Shown here piece by piece: positions 1 to 8,596 of a DNA stretch of 20,694 nt (position 1 is the stretch's first letter; each line of letters opens with the position of its first letter). The stretch is from NCBI GenBank assembly GCA_043813365.1, contig JBDRLB010000076.1:1-20694 (forward strand). The letters are read 5' to 3'. The stretch is from Candidatus Micrarchaeota archaeon (lineage in GTDB: Archaea; Micrarchaeota; Micrarchaeia; Norongarragalinales; SBBD01). Below the pieces are notes generated by a model that saw only the letters and a program-made list of their open reading frames with translations, was not told the DNA's origin and did no database searches. Both the position numbers and the translations under genes were made by a program.

Positions 1-140
1 CGTATTTCCATCGCAGCGCTGGCGATGCAGATTTGGAAACTATTCGGAGCTATGTGCGCGAGGAGAACGACCCGAGGCAGCGCACCCTCACATCTTATTA
101 ACGGGGAAATCCTACGCCTTTAGGCGTAGGTAATTTAAAT
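1..140 (+). mobile_element. Right end of an IS200-like element with subterminal hairpin
   Basis: Perfect hairpin CCTACGCC-TTTA-GGCGTAGG at 111-130, 9 nt after the tnpA stop. It resembles the CC...CTTTAGG...GG end hairpins of IS200/IS605 elements. The exact end is uncertain. Confidence 0.7.
3..101 (+). CDS. tnpA: C-terminal part of an IS200/IS605-family Y1 (HUH) transposase TnpA, truncated by the window edge
   Basis: Manual translation from nt 3 gives YFHRSAGDADLETIRSYVREENDPRQRTLTSY*. This matches the TnpA C-terminal pattern YF-x-x-S-x-G...E-x-I-x-x-Y-(I/V), which holds the catalytic Tyr. Not in the ORF track. Confidence 0.8.
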   Translation, partial: YFHRSAGDADLETIRSYVREENDPRQRTLTSY

Positions 141-170
141 ATTAAAGTTGAGTTTAAATCAGGTGATTGC

Positions 171-677
171 GTGGTTGAATTACGGACGTGTTTGCTGATG
201 CTTTTTGGTGTGCTTCTCCTATTGAATACGGCAAGTGCCACCAAGATTGAGATTATCAAGGCTCAGGGGTGCAATAAGGGCGGATTCCTGCAATTCGAAG
301 CCAAATTGATGTATGATAATGGCGCAATAGTGCCGAACAATCCGATTGACCTCACTATTTACGACGCGTTGGGGAAGGATCTAACTTATGGGACGGTTAC
401 TGGAACTTCCGGCATAGCTACCTGGACTATCGGCACAAGCACGGCAGGAGCGGAATGGGATGCCGGGACATATAACGTGGATATCACGGCTGTCACCTAT
501 TCCGAAGGGGATGAAACCGTAAGCACTACGGTGGATATATCCCCAAAACCAACTCCCACGCCAACGCCGATCCCAGACCCAAATTATCGGCCCTGGTACA
601 AGAAGATCATATGCTACCCGAAGGCAATCTGGTCGGGCATATGTTCAATAGTCAACTATTACGTATTTGACAAATGA
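171..677 (+). CDS. Secreted/surface protein with signal peptide, beta-rich (Ig-like) region, Pro-Thr linker and hydrophobic C-terminal segment
   Basis: GTG start after AGGTGA RBS; hydrophobic N-terminus ending in ASA; PKPTPTPTPIPDP linker; C-terminal WYKKIICYPKAIWSGIC. Confidence 0.75.
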   Translation: MVELRTCLLMLFGVLLLLNTASATKIEIIKAQGCNKGGFLQFEAKLMYDNGAIVPNNPIDLTIYDALGKDLTYGTVTGTSGIATWTIGTSTAGAEWDAGTYNVDITAVTYSEGDETVSTTVDISPKPTPTPTPIPDPNYRPWYKKIICYPKAIWSGICSIVNYYVFDK

Positions 678-723
678 ATCGGATATTCGGGAAGGCAACT
701 GATCCCAGTGGAGGCGGATAAGC

Positions 724-1218
724 ATGGGGAAGCAATTCAGCAGGATTGACCGGATGTTGCGGAAAAAGGCAGCGGAAGAGCCTACGGAATTGACGCATCA
801 GGCACGCGCAACTTTGATGTTCGCGATCGGCAGGCCGAGGTCGGGGCTCAATTCGCTGAAAATGGCTTACGAGCACCGCTTGGGGAGGGATGACCGCAAA
901 GCCATGAATTCCGAGCTGGATTTTGTAAGGGCGAATAGCGGCATCATCGTTTCCTCGATGCGGAAGCTTCCATATGAGCCTCAAACCCGGAAATTTCTGC
1001 GTTCGATAAGCGCAAACGGCACGAGGGCAGTTGGCAAAAATGAGGTAGAATATATCCGCGGAGTGCTCGAGGTTGCGCTGCAAAAGCACGGGGTTAGCGA
1101 GGAAGAATCCAAGAAATTGTCCGAAATAGTGGCGCCGCACCCGAACATCCTTGCATGGAGCCTGGTTGTTGCGAATATGGGGAAGCTGCAGAGGAAAGCC
1201 GTTCCCAGGCGTAAATGA
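724..1218 (+). CDS. Hypothetical basic protein
   Basis: 164-aa ORF with GGAGG upstream, tiling cleanly with its plus-strand neighbours. No family recognised. Confidence 0.65.
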   Translation: MGKQFSRIDRMLRKKAAEEPTELTHQARATLMFAIGRPRSGLNSLKMAYEHRLGRDDRKAMNSELDFVRANSGIIVSSMRKLPYEPQTRKFLRSISANGTRAVGKNEVEYIRGVLEVALQKHGVSEEESKKLSEIVAPHPNILAWSLVVANMGKLQRKAVPRRK

Positions 1219-1272
1219 CTTCGCGGGTAGATAGGGATGTATTAAAGCTAATATGGACAATTAAGTGATTGC

Positions 1273-1665
1273 ATGGCAACAAATCCGGAAGCGGCAATTA
1301 GGGAATTGATGGAAGGGAAAAAGTTCAGGCTGTCGCCTACTCCCTTGGGATTAAAAATCACATTCGAGGCGACTTTCAATAGACGCTTGGGCCGATCCGG
1401 GAAAGCATACGTGTTCGAAATGGAAAACCATTTATGGAAGAGGAAAAAGGTGCAACTGGAAGCCGGGATTGGAAGCATAAGGCAAAACTTCCCCAACTTC
1501 AGAATTAGCATAATGCACATGGTGCCTCCGGGCAAGCTGACGAACAGCGTTTATTGGCCCAATAAAGCAGGCACCAAATTCAAAACAAAAACTAGGGTCA
1601 CCGAGCAGGGGCCTTACCGGGTAGCCGTGATAATTTCTCGGACAGGAAAGAAAAATCCGGAATAA
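1273..1665 (+). CDS. Hypothetical basic protein
   Basis: 130-aa ORF with AAGTGA upstream of ATG and an AT-rich promoter-like stretch at ~1240; convergent with the TrmB gene. Confidence 0.65.
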   Translation: MATNPEAAIRELMEGKKFRLSPTPLGLKITFEATFNRRLGRSGKAYVFEMENHLWKRKKVQLEAGIGSIRQNFPNFRISIMHMVPPGKLTNSVYWPNKAGTKFKTKTRVTEQGPYRVAVIISRTGKKNPE

Positions 1666-1682
1666 AATTCCATGATGGCTAG

Positions 1683-2492
1683 CTACAATTTGCCATTCAA
1701 TTTGTTTTCACTCTTGGAGGCTTCCTTTTTCTTCCAGGGGCCGGAGACCTGCTTCTGTTCCCGAGTTTTCCCATTTTTCCATAGCAGCTCGAATTGCTTC
1801 CTATATGCATCCGCAAGCTGGGGATTCCTGATCTTTATTGCGTATTTAGGCGCGCTTTGCATCAGCAGGAAAGTGACGAGGTTGCCGTCGATGAGCGTCT
1901 GTGCGGGATTGAAATATTCGTCGGGAATGAGGCGGTAATCCGCATTTGTGCCGCCAATGAAAATCTTTTCGGTTTCGTATGAGATAAGCCTTTCCTTTAT
2001 TTTGTTCTTCTCCAGCTGCCGGATGAACCATCTGCTGAAAAGGGGCTCGCTTTTCATGAAAACCAGTTCATCAATGCCTATTCCCAGGTGGTTCAGGCCC
2101 GGATGCGCCTTCAGCTCCTTCAATATGTCCATGAGGGCCTTCCGGATGGCATTCTTGCCGCGGTAGACCCATACCTGAGTTTCATCATGTCCCTTGAGCA
2201 TTTCCTTCTCCAATTCGGGGATGATCTCGTCTATTGCGCGCATCTTTTCCTCCATGTAATCATGCAGGGTTTCCGGGCTGGCTGCCTTGAAAACCTTCTT
2301 CCCATCTATGATGATGTTGGAGCAGAGGCCCTTCCCGATCAGTTTGTAGAGGTTGTCATAAACGTAGGGACGGTACATGCCCACGCGTTTTGAGATTTCA
2401 CTGACTTTCAGCGGGCCGTTCTGGAGGAGGCATCGGTAGACGTTGATTTCCGCCCCGCTCAGCCCCGCCTCTTGCAAAATCTGTTTTGCCAT
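1683..2492 (-). CDS. TrmB-family transcriptional regulator (N-terminal winged HTH plus C-terminal effector-like domain)
   Basis: GLSGAEINVYRCLLQNGPLKVSEISKRVGMYRPYVYDNLYKLIGKGL is a TrmB HTH, followed by V-x-VYRGK and IRNPQLADAYRKQFELLW. ATG at 2492 is preferred over the track's 2525 start. Confidence 0.9.
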   Translation of the reverse strand: MAKQILQEAGLSGAEINVYRCLLQNGPLKVSEISKRVGMYRPYVYDNLYKLIGKGLCSNIIIDGKKVFKAASPETLHDYMEEKMRAIDEIIPELEKEMLKGHDETQVWVYRGKNAIRKALMDILKELKAHPGLNHLGIGIDELVFMKSEPLFSRWFIRQLEKNKIKERLISYETEKIFIGGTNADYRLIPDEYFNPAQTLIDGNLVTFLLMQSAPKYAIKIRNPQLADAYRKQFELLWKNGKTREQKQVSGPWKKKEASKSENKLNGKL

Positions 2493-2504
2493 ATAGTCCC
2501 TTTG

Positions 2505-2525
2505 TTGTCGTAAAATTAACGACAA
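2505..2525. promoter_or_regulatory. Palindromic candidate operator TTGTCGT-N7-ACGACAA
   Basis: Perfect 7-bp inverted repeat between the TrmB start and an AT-rich TATA-like segment (2530-2541). Confidence 0.55.
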
Positions 2526-2568
2526 ATCGATATATTAAATTAACGGTTAAGTATTGCGGTGGGAAAAT

Positions 2569-2676
2569 ATGGCGAGCGATCCGATGCTGGTGGTTTATAG
2601 CTTGCTGATCACAGCGACTTTCTTTGCCGTTTTTTTCATCATTTTCAGCAAGTTCCACCATGAAGTTCCTCAGTAA
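2569..2676 (+). CDS. Small single-transmembrane peptide (35 aa), MASDPMLVVYSLLITATFFAVFFIIFSKFHHEVPQ
   Basis: GGTGG RBS-like sequence upstream, TATA-like region at 2530-2541, one ~20-aa hydrophobic stretch and a downstream hairpin. Below the ORF-track cutoff. Confidence 0.55.
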   Translation: MASDPMLVVYSLLITATFFAVFFIIFSKFHHEVPQ

Positions 2677-2700
2677 TGTGTTCGAGTGCAACTGGAGGTG

Positions 2701-2740
2701 AGTTCCGCCCCTGAAAATTGGGGCGGAATTTCTTTTATTA
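2701..2740 (+). terminator. Hairpin plus T-rich tract between the convergent small ORF and rpl30
   Basis: AGTTCCGCCCC/GGGGCGGAATT 11-bp stem (one G-U on the plus strand) with an 8-nt loop, followed by TCTTTTATT. Confidence 0.5.
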
Positions 2741-2782
2741 AAATAGCTAATCGTTTGTTAGAAAAAAAATTTGGAACACGGA

Positions 2783-3250
2783 TCAAATCATCTTCAGAAT
2801 AAGCTCGTTGATCTTCTCCTTCCGGTCGCCCAGGGAGCCCTTCGGGTATTGCAGCTTTATGCCTTCAAATCCGCCGCGGGCAGGGCTGAGCCTGAATAGC
2901 GGCTTGAGCAATTTTACATCCGAAAGTTTCGCAGTTCCTTCGAATAGCGCCTTTGCGAATTCGGGGATGGATTTGAATTTGGAGTTCTTTGAAAGGTAAG
3001 CATCGGTCAGCTTTTCGCCGCCCTCAAGATATGCCCTGTTTTTCAGCAAAAGCTCAACTGTTGGGAGGTCGATCCCGCCCCATGTGACGTAATCCTTCAC
3101 GAGTATGATGAATCCCCTTGTAGAGCGGTCCTCGGGCATCAGGATGAGGTGGTTCTTTCGGGTGAGGTGGTTCTGGCGGAGGGCGCTTTCAGTATTTGTG
3201 CGGGTTTCCATGCAGCCCCTGATCCTCAAAACAGCAACAATTTTAGCCAT
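2783..3250 (-). CDS. rpl30: 50S ribosomal protein L30 (uL30, long archaeal form)
   Basis: VAVLRIRG...VKDYVTWG...LFRLSPARGGFEGIK...GSLGDRKEKINELILKMI; follows S5 in the spc order. Confidence 0.95.
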   Translation of the reverse strand: MAKIVAVLRIRGCMETRTNTESALRQNHLTRKNHLILMPEDRSTRGFIILVKDYVTWGGIDLPTVELLLKNRAYLEGGEKLTDAYLSKNSKFKSIPEFAKALFEGTAKLSDVKLLKPLFRLSPARGGFEGIKLQYPKGSLGDRKEKINELILKMI

Positions 3251-3959
3251 TTGCTTCACCGGTTTGTTTCACTTCGGCGGTTTCGCCAGCCTTTTCCTCC
3301 TCCTTGATTTCAGTCTCAATTTTCTTTATCTCCTCAACAAAATATTTGCCCTGTTTCAGCTGGTTGGCGGCGTTTAGCGCCTTGAGTGTGGCAAGGACCG
3401 CATTCAATATGTTGCGCGTCCTTCCCTTTGAGAAAGACCAGCAGTCATGAATGCCTGCCAGTTCCAGCACTTTCTTGGTGTTCTCGCCAGCGACTATCCC
3501 GACTCCCTTTGGTGCGGGCTGAATGGTAACTTCGGTGCTTGAGCTCTTGCCCTTCACCTTCTGCGTTATGGAATGTTCCGAGCCGCAGCCGCACTCCCAG
3601 GATCCGCATCCTAATTTAACCTTGATTATTGTCTTTTTGGCCTCAACGATAGCCTCCCCGATGGCGTCCCTGACTTCCGCAGCCTTTCCAACACCAACGG
3701 CAATGTATCCCCGCCTGTTCCCGAGGATGATCACGGCGCGCATCTGCTGCTTCCTTCCGTAAGCGGTCATTCTCTGGGTGCTTTTGATTTCAAGGACCTC
3801 GTCCTTCAGGTCAGGCAGCAGCGCATCAATGATTTCAATTTCCAGGATGCGCTTCCCCGATGCCAATATCTCATCAATGTCGGTGATTTCCTTTGCAGCT
3901 ACCTTCCTTCCGAGCTCGGTTCTCGGGATCCACGACCGTTCCTCTCTTTCGCCTCTCAT
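3243..3959 (-). CDS. rps5: 30S ribosomal protein S5 (uS5)
   Basis: WIPRTELGRKV, TQRMTAYGR, GCGSWECGCG and PAPKGVGIVAG motifs. Confidence 0.97.
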   Translation of the reverse strand: MRGEREERSWIPRTELGRKVAAKEITDIDEILASGKRILEIEIIDALLPDLKDEVLEIKSTQRMTAYGRKQQMRAVIILGNRRGYIAVGVGKAAEVRDAIGEAIVEAKKTIIKVKLGCGSWECGCGSEHSITQKVKGKSSSTEVTIQPAPKGVGIVAGENTKKVLELAGIHDCWSFSKGRTRNILNAVLATLKALNAANQLKQGKYFVEEIKKIETEIKEEEKAGETAEVKQTGEANG

Positions 3960-3969
3960 CGAATCACTC

Positions 3970-4479
3970 TCAAACCTTCAAGTTTTTGACTTTCTCCCTG
4001 CAATCATTGAATTTCGAAGCCGCATCACCCTTAAGGTGCTTGCCCTCTATCCGGTCCATCGGAGGCAGGATTTCCTCTGAAAACGGCACGCTGATTCCCC
4101 CATCAATTGCGCCTTTGAGCGCTGCAAAAATAATCCCGCCCTTTGTTGCTTTCTGGAGGCCTATGTCGAGAATTGCATCCTTCACTCCCAATGCAAGCGC
4201 TTTCTTCGCGCAGATCATGCCCGTCAAATATGCCGAAGGCGAATTGCTCTTCCCGGGATAGCCCAGTTTTTGGAGGACCTTTGAAGTGGCGGAGGTGATC
4301 ACCTTGTCACCCTTCAAATCGAATTGTGCAAACTCCACTATGACATAGCGGTTGGTTTTCCTGACGATGAGCCTTGTTTTCTCCGATATAAGGTGGGCAA
4401 GCCTCTTCGAATAGTCGGTCTTGCCTTCCCTTCTCCTCCTGAAATGAACCGCGAAAATCGCGCCGGTTGCTTTTGTCAT
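3970..4479 (-). CDS. rpl18: 50S ribosomal protein L18 (uL18)
   Basis: FRRRREGKTDYSKRL, NSPSAYLTG and AILDIGL motifs. Confidence 0.97.
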   Translation of the reverse strand: MTKATGAIFAVHFRRRREGKTDYSKRLAHLISEKTRLIVRKTNRYVIVEFAQFDLKGDKVITSATSKVLQKLGYPGKSNSPSAYLTGMICAKKALALGVKDAILDIGLQKATKGGIIFAALKGAIDGGISVPFSEEILPPMDRIEGKHLKGDAASKFNDCREKVKNLKV

Positions 4480-4504
4480 AATGTTTCACTTAATAATAAT
4501 AAAC

Positions 4505-4942
4505 TCAGGTTTTGCTGGATTCGTTCTTCTGGATGAATTCAAGCAGCTGCTTCTTGCCCTTGAATGCGTTGCCCGAAACCATGCCATAAATTTTGCGGTA
4601 ACTTGGGGAATCCAGCCGGAACTTGTTGTTTCTCAGCATTTTGCGCAGTGCGCGAACCTTCCTGATCCAAAGGTCCTTGCGGGTAGTCTGGGCATACATG
4701 GAGCCCTTCTTGCTTCCTTTTCCCCTTCCACGGCCTGCATGCTTGCGGCTTTGGGTTATCCTCGCCTTCCCTCGGGAAACGCCATCCTTCGGGATGACGA
4801 TGACTGCCTTTTCCCTTATGAGTTTGCGCACATCGTCCCGGGTGAGCGCTTCGCTTGCTGCCTTTACATCCAATATTCGGATCCGGCTTTCGCCCGCATT
4901 CAGCAGATCGGCCGCAACCCTACGAACAGTTTGTATTGCCAT
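4505..4942 (-). CDS. rpl19e: 50S ribosomal protein L19e
   Basis: RRVAADLLNAGESRI, GRGRGKGSKKG, WIRKVRALRKML and YRKIYGMVSGNAFK; start placed at ATG 4942. Confidence 0.96.
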   Translation of the reverse strand: MAIQTVRRVAADLLNAGESRIRILDVKAASEALTRDDVRKLIREKAVIVIPKDGVSRGKARITQSRKHAGRGRGKGSKKGSMYAQTTRKDLWIRKVRALRKMLRNNKFRLDSPSYRKIYGMVSGNAFKGKKQLLEFIQKNESSKT

Positions 4943-4953
4943 AAAAATCCACT

Positions 4954-5292
4954 TCAATTTAAAACGTGCAATTTCAATTCGGACGCTTTCTTCCGTATCA
5001 TTTCCTTGCTCCTTTTGGAAAGACCCGATTGCATCCTGATGACGAAATCCTTGAGGGAATCCTTGAATTTCTCCAATTCAGCGATGTTCCTTACGTAGAA
5101 CTCCTTCTTCCCCTGCGGGTGACGGTTCCTCGTTGCAGCGGCGCCCTGGTAGCCGATGTTCGGGGTTGCGCCAGCCCATTTGACCTTCCGCGCCTGCTTC
5201 GAATCAATCCCGCGGCCATGCCTCCATGTATCGGCGAGTCTCTTCATCGTTGAGAGGTTCGGGCGCACGAATTTGGGATGCTTTGTTGCCAT
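4954..5292 (-). CDS. rpl32e: 50S ribosomal protein L32e
   Basis: HPKFVRPN...WRHGRGIDSKQ...PNIGY...RHPQG...HVLN. Confidence 0.95.
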   Translation of the reverse strand: MATKHPKFVRPNLSTMKRLADTWRHGRGIDSKQARKVKWAGATPNIGYQGAAATRNRHPQGKKEFYVRNIAELEKFKDSLKDFVIRMQSGLSKRSKEMIRKKASELKLHVLN

Positions 5293-5319
5293 TTCATAAC
5301 ACCATTTTCAATCGCGATA

Positions 5320-5832
5320 TCATTCTTTTATGAGGTAGATGCCATCCTGAAAAACCCTGCGGTCCTTCCCCACAATGCGCACTGCCTGCACAATATTTGC
5401 GGCTGTTTGGCCGACTTCCTCCTTGTTGGAGCCCTTTACGTTTATCTCCTGTCCGGAAACCTGCACCTGCGTATTGCCGACAATCACTGCCTCGCGGGGA
5501 ACCTTTTCCCCCAGGAAATTTTTAATCTGGATGGCTTTTCCCTTGACTTCAATGCTCACTGGGAAGTGCGCGTAAATGACGGAAAGCTTCTTCTGGTAAA
5601 CAACAGAGCCGCCGCCGAACATGTTCGTAAGGTGCTTCCGGATGCTGTTGATCATCGCATGCGTCTTCCGGCGCTGCTTCTTGATGGAGACCATCGCAAC
5701 TGAGCCATCCTTGATCTCGACCCTGATTTTCTTCGAATCGAAATGGATTTTGTGCTCCTCGGAGCCCGCTTTCACTATGAGGTATCCGCCTTCTATCCGG
5801 ACAGAGCAGTTTTGCGGTATTGCGACTTCCAT
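5320..5832 (-). CDS. rpl6: 50S ribosomal protein L6 (uL6)
   Basis: YAHFPVS, IKNFLGEK, VGQTAANI and DRRVFQDGIY; ATG 5832 follows GTGA. Confidence 0.97.
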   Translation of the reverse strand: MEVAIPQNCSVRIEGGYLIVKAGSEEHKIHFDSKKIRVEIKDGSVAMVSIKKQRRKTHAMINSIRKHLTNMFGGGSVVYQKKLSVIYAHFPVSIEVKGKAIQIKNFLGEKVPREAVIVGNTQVQVSGQEINVKGSNKEEVGQTAANIVQAVRIVGKDRRVFQDGIYLIKE

Positions 5833-5839
5833 TTTATCA

Positions 5840-6226
5840 CTAATAAACATAGGCGATGAGCCTTCCCCCTATCTTCTTTTCCTTTGCGCTTTTATGCGTC
5901 ATCAGCCCTTGCGATGTTGAGACTATGAGCAATCCCAGCCCCCTTGCTGGCAAGTACCTTCCCTCCCAGACTTCCCAATTGGAGCCCTTGACGGAAAACC
6001 TCGGCTTGATTGTCTTGCAATTGTTGATCCTCCCGGAAAGCTTGACATTTATCTTGCCGCCAATGCCGTCCTCGATGGTTTCAAAGGATTCCACATAGCC
6101 TTCCTCCTTGAAAATTTCCAGTATGCGCACGAGTATCTTCGAGGGCTTCTTCAGCAGCGCCGAAGACCTGCCCTTCGTTTCGGAAACGTAAATCGTGTTC
6201 AATGAATCCGCTAAAGTATCAACCAT
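5840..6226 (-). CDS. rps8: 30S ribosomal protein S8 (uS8)
   Basis: DTLADSL...GRINNCKTIKPRF...YLPARGLGLLIVSTSQGLMTH...GGRLIAYVY. Confidence 0.97.
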   Translation of the reverse strand: MVDTLADSLNTIYVSETKGRSSALLKKPSKILVRILEIFKEEGYVESFETIEDGIGGKINVKLSGRINNCKTIKPRFSVKGSNWEVWEGRYLPARGLGLLIVSTSQGLMTHKSAKEKKIGGRLIAYVY

Positions 6227-6231
6227 CAATT

Positions 6232-6393
6232 TCACCCAAACTTCCTGAATCCCAGCTTTTCCGCATTTTCACGGAAGCATTTGCGGCAAATGTAAAGCCC
6301 GTATTTCTGTATGAGCCCCCGGACATTGCCGCATATCCTGCACTTCCTTGTGCCGCGGTGCTTGAATTTAAGGTCAATGTTTTGCTTTGCCAT
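6232..6393 (-). CDS. rps14: 30S ribosomal protein S14 (uS14, Zn-binding), absent from the ORF track
   Basis: Manual translation [53 protein letters not shown] with CxxC...CxxC; expected position between L5 and S8. Confidence 0.96.
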   Translation of the reverse strand: MAKQNIDLKFKHRGTRKCRICGNVRGLIQKYGLYICRKCFRENAEKLGFRKFG

Positions 6394-6397
6394 CCAA

Positions 6398-6919
6398 TCA
6401 TTCCTCTGAAGGTAATTCTACCTTGACGTTGAATTTTTCCTCCATGAATTTTTTTGCCTCGGAAGTTGTCACGCGCTGCTTCTTCGGAAGCCGCTTCTTC
6501 TGGATCCTGCGCGTCGAAACCCTCTTGCCCGCCTTAGTCAGGGAAATGCTCACATCGAAGCCCATCATCCCGATCTTGGGGTCGTATTTCATTCCGGGGA
6601 AATCGATATACTCCTTTATGCCGAATGCGACGTTCCCGTATTTGCCGAACGAACTATCCTGGAGTATGTTGTCCTTCACGTCAAGCGCCTTCCTTAGCAG
6701 CTCCTCCGCATCCTTCCCGCGCATTGTGACCTTTGTGCCGATATTGTCGCCCTTCCTTATCTTGAATGTGGGATTGCGGTCCTTTGCCTGCGTGAGAATT
6801 GCCTTCCTTCCTGAAAGCCGTTCGAGGAGGACCTTCGCATTCTCCAGCCTTTCCCCGGGCGCGCCCACCCCCACATTTAGGGTGATCTTCTCCAACTTTA
6901 CCTGCTGCATCTGGTTCAT
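6398..6919 (-). CDS. rpl5: 50S ribosomal protein L5 (uL5)
   Basis: [26 protein letters not shown] and [25 protein letters not shown]. Confidence 0.97.
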   Translation of the reverse strand: MNQMQQVKLEKITLNVGVGAPGERLENAKVLLERLSGRKAILTQAKDRNPTFKIRKGDNIGTKVTMRGKDAEELLRKALDVKDNILQDSSFGKYGNVAFGIKEYIDFPGMKYDPKIGMMGFDVSISLTKAGKRVSTRRIQKKRLPKKQRVTTSEAKKFMEEKFNVKVELPSEE

Positions 6920-6929
6920 CAATAATCAC

Positions 6930-7643
6930 TCAATCCAAACGGAACTCCTTGCTGACTGCGAAGAGGTAATCCTTCCTTGTTATGAGCTCCTCGCCAGCAA
7001 CCTTCAATTTCGCATCCGACGGCTGGCCGCCGGGCTGCTCGACTATTTCCTCAAGCGTCCCGAGCTTGCCGGAGTGCTTCCCCCGGAAAATGTAGCAATT
7101 GGAGCCTTTCTCAAGCTTCTGGAACGATTCAACCTTGTAATCGGGGATGGTGATGCGGACTGTGTCGCCCACCCTGAACCGGTCCTCCTCCTTTTCGATG
7201 AGCAGATTTTTCCCGTCATGGAGGTTGAGTTGCACCTTGTTCCCGGAAACGAACGTCTTGCCCATGATCCTGCAGGATTTCAGCTTGGAATCCGCTTCGG
7301 GTATCTCAACAAGCCTAAGCTTGCCCTTGATCGTGAAGACCTGGAATGATTTCTTCATTTTGGGAATGGTAATGATGTCCATGAGCCCTACTCCGAATTT
7401 CGGCTCCCTCCGGGGATAGCCGTCAACGAGGACATCGCCTGCGGAAAGGATGCGCTTTGTCTCCTTGAGATTATCGGAAATCCTGATTACTTCCCGCAGC
7501 ATGATAAGCAATGGCATGCTCTCCGAACCGGAATGGGGGCCTGCCTGCGGCTTTATCAGCCATAGCGCAGTCTTCGGGGTAATCGCAAGCATGGGGCTTT
7601 TTGCGAGCCTCTTCAGATGTCTGTTGTTTCCCTTGTTTGCCAA
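6930..7643 (-). CDS. rps4e: 30S ribosomal protein S4e
   Basis: HLKRLA...PQAGPH...VLVDG...VGLMDII...QLNLHDG...GKHSG; TTG start with GGTGAT RBS. Confidence 0.96.
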   Translation of the reverse strand: MANKGNNRHLKRLAKSPMLAITPKTALWLIKPQAGPHSGSESMPLLIMLREVIRISDNLKETKRILSAGDVLVDGYPRREPKFGVGLMDIITIPKMKKSFQVFTIKGKLRLVEIPEADSKLKSCRIMGKTFVSGNKVQLNLHDGKNLLIEKEEDRFRVGDTVRITIPDYKVESFQKLEKGSNCYIFRGKHSGKLGTLEEIVEQPGGQPSDAKLKVAGEELITRKDYLFAVSKEFRLD

Positions 7644-7663
7644 TTATATCACCATAAAAACAA

Positions 7664-8179
7664 TCATTTAACCGATATGGCAGCAGCCGGTTTTTGTTCC
7701 GGTTGCGCCTCTTTTTTAACAGGATTCTGGGGAACTGGTTTTTGCAAGGGCTGCTGTGCTGCTGGTTTTTGTGCCTGTTGGCCCTTCGCAGCATCAACTG
7801 GCTTTTTCTCCTTTTTTTTGTAGTTTTCCGGCCTTTCCTTCCTTTTGGGCACGTTCCATTCGAGGAGTATGCAATTAGAGGGCTCAATTGCTACCGGCTT
7901 CTCCTTCCCGCCCTGCTTCTTGACGATCACTCCCTCCACGTAAATTTTGCCGGTCTTGACGTTAACATCCGTAATTTTCCCTTCCTTTTTCCTGAATTCG
8001 CCGGTCAAAATCCGCACTTTGTCGCCCTTTTTTCCGAGCCTTGAGCGCTTCTTCAGCGTTTTCCTCAACTCCTTGTTCAAATGGATGGAAATATCCCGCT
8101 TTAACGTGTGGATGTCCGCATTGTACATCGCCTTACGCTTCTTCCTTGGCTGTTTGGTAGTTTTTTGGAAAAATTTCAT
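7664..8179 (-). CDS. rpl24: 50S ribosomal protein L24 (uL24) with a long low-complexity C-terminal tail
   Basis: TKQPRKKRKAMYNA...KGDKVRILTGEFRKKEGKI...IYVEGV...IEPSN. Confidence 0.95.
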   Translation of the reverse strand: MKFFQKTTKQPRKKRKAMYNADIHTLKRDISIHLNKELRKTLKKRSRLGKKGDKVRILTGEFRKKEGKITDVNVKTGKIYVEGVIVKKQGGKEKPVAIEPSNCILLEWNVPKRKERPENYKKKEKKPVDAAKGQQAQKPAAQQPLQKPVPQNPVKKEAQPEQKPAAAISVK

Positions 8180-8188
8180 TCATATCAC

Positions 8189-8584
8189 TTATACGACTGC
8201 AGCTGCAATGGCGACAACTTTCGGGAACCTTTCTGAAATTTCCCTTGCAACCGCACCCTTGATTTCCGTGCCTTTCGGCAAATTCTGGTCGTCAATGAGG
8301 ACGCATGCATTGTCCTCAAATTTAACGTGCTCCTTGCCCCTGCGGAATTCCTTCTTCTGCCTTACTATGAGTGCGCGTTCCTTCTTCTTGACCATGTCCG
8401 GCTTGCCCTTCTTCACCGCAACCATTATAATGTCCCCCACTCCGGCCGAAGGGTACCTGCGGAACCTTGCCTTTATCCCAATGACGTTTATGATCTCCAC
8501 TACTTTCGCACCGCTGTTGTCGTCGCAAATAAGCTGCGTTGCCTTCGTGAGGCCTTTTGTTATCTTTGCAGGAACGCCCAACAT
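8189..8584 (-). CDS. rpl14: 50S ribosomal protein L14 (uL14)
   Basis: CDDNSGAK, RYPSAGVGD, VKFEDNACV and GTEIKGAVARE. Confidence 0.97.
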   Translation of the reverse strand: MLGVPAKITKGLTKATQLICDDNSGAKVVEIINVIGIKARFRRYPSAGVGDIIMVAVKKGKPDMVKKKERALIVRQKKEFRRGKEHVKFEDNACVLIDDQNLPKGTEIKGAVAREISERFPKVVAIAAAVV

Positions 8585-8596
8585 AAATATCACGGA

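Noticed and set aside
652..1260. 202-aa minus-strand ORF and the many other antisense ORFs over ribosomal, ATPase and surface genes
   Set aside because: They are shadows of better-supported genes on the opposite strand and have no motifs or RBS.
6219..6401. 60-aa ORF-track call between L5 and S8
   Set aside because: Wrong frame; the real gene is uS14 at 6232-6393.
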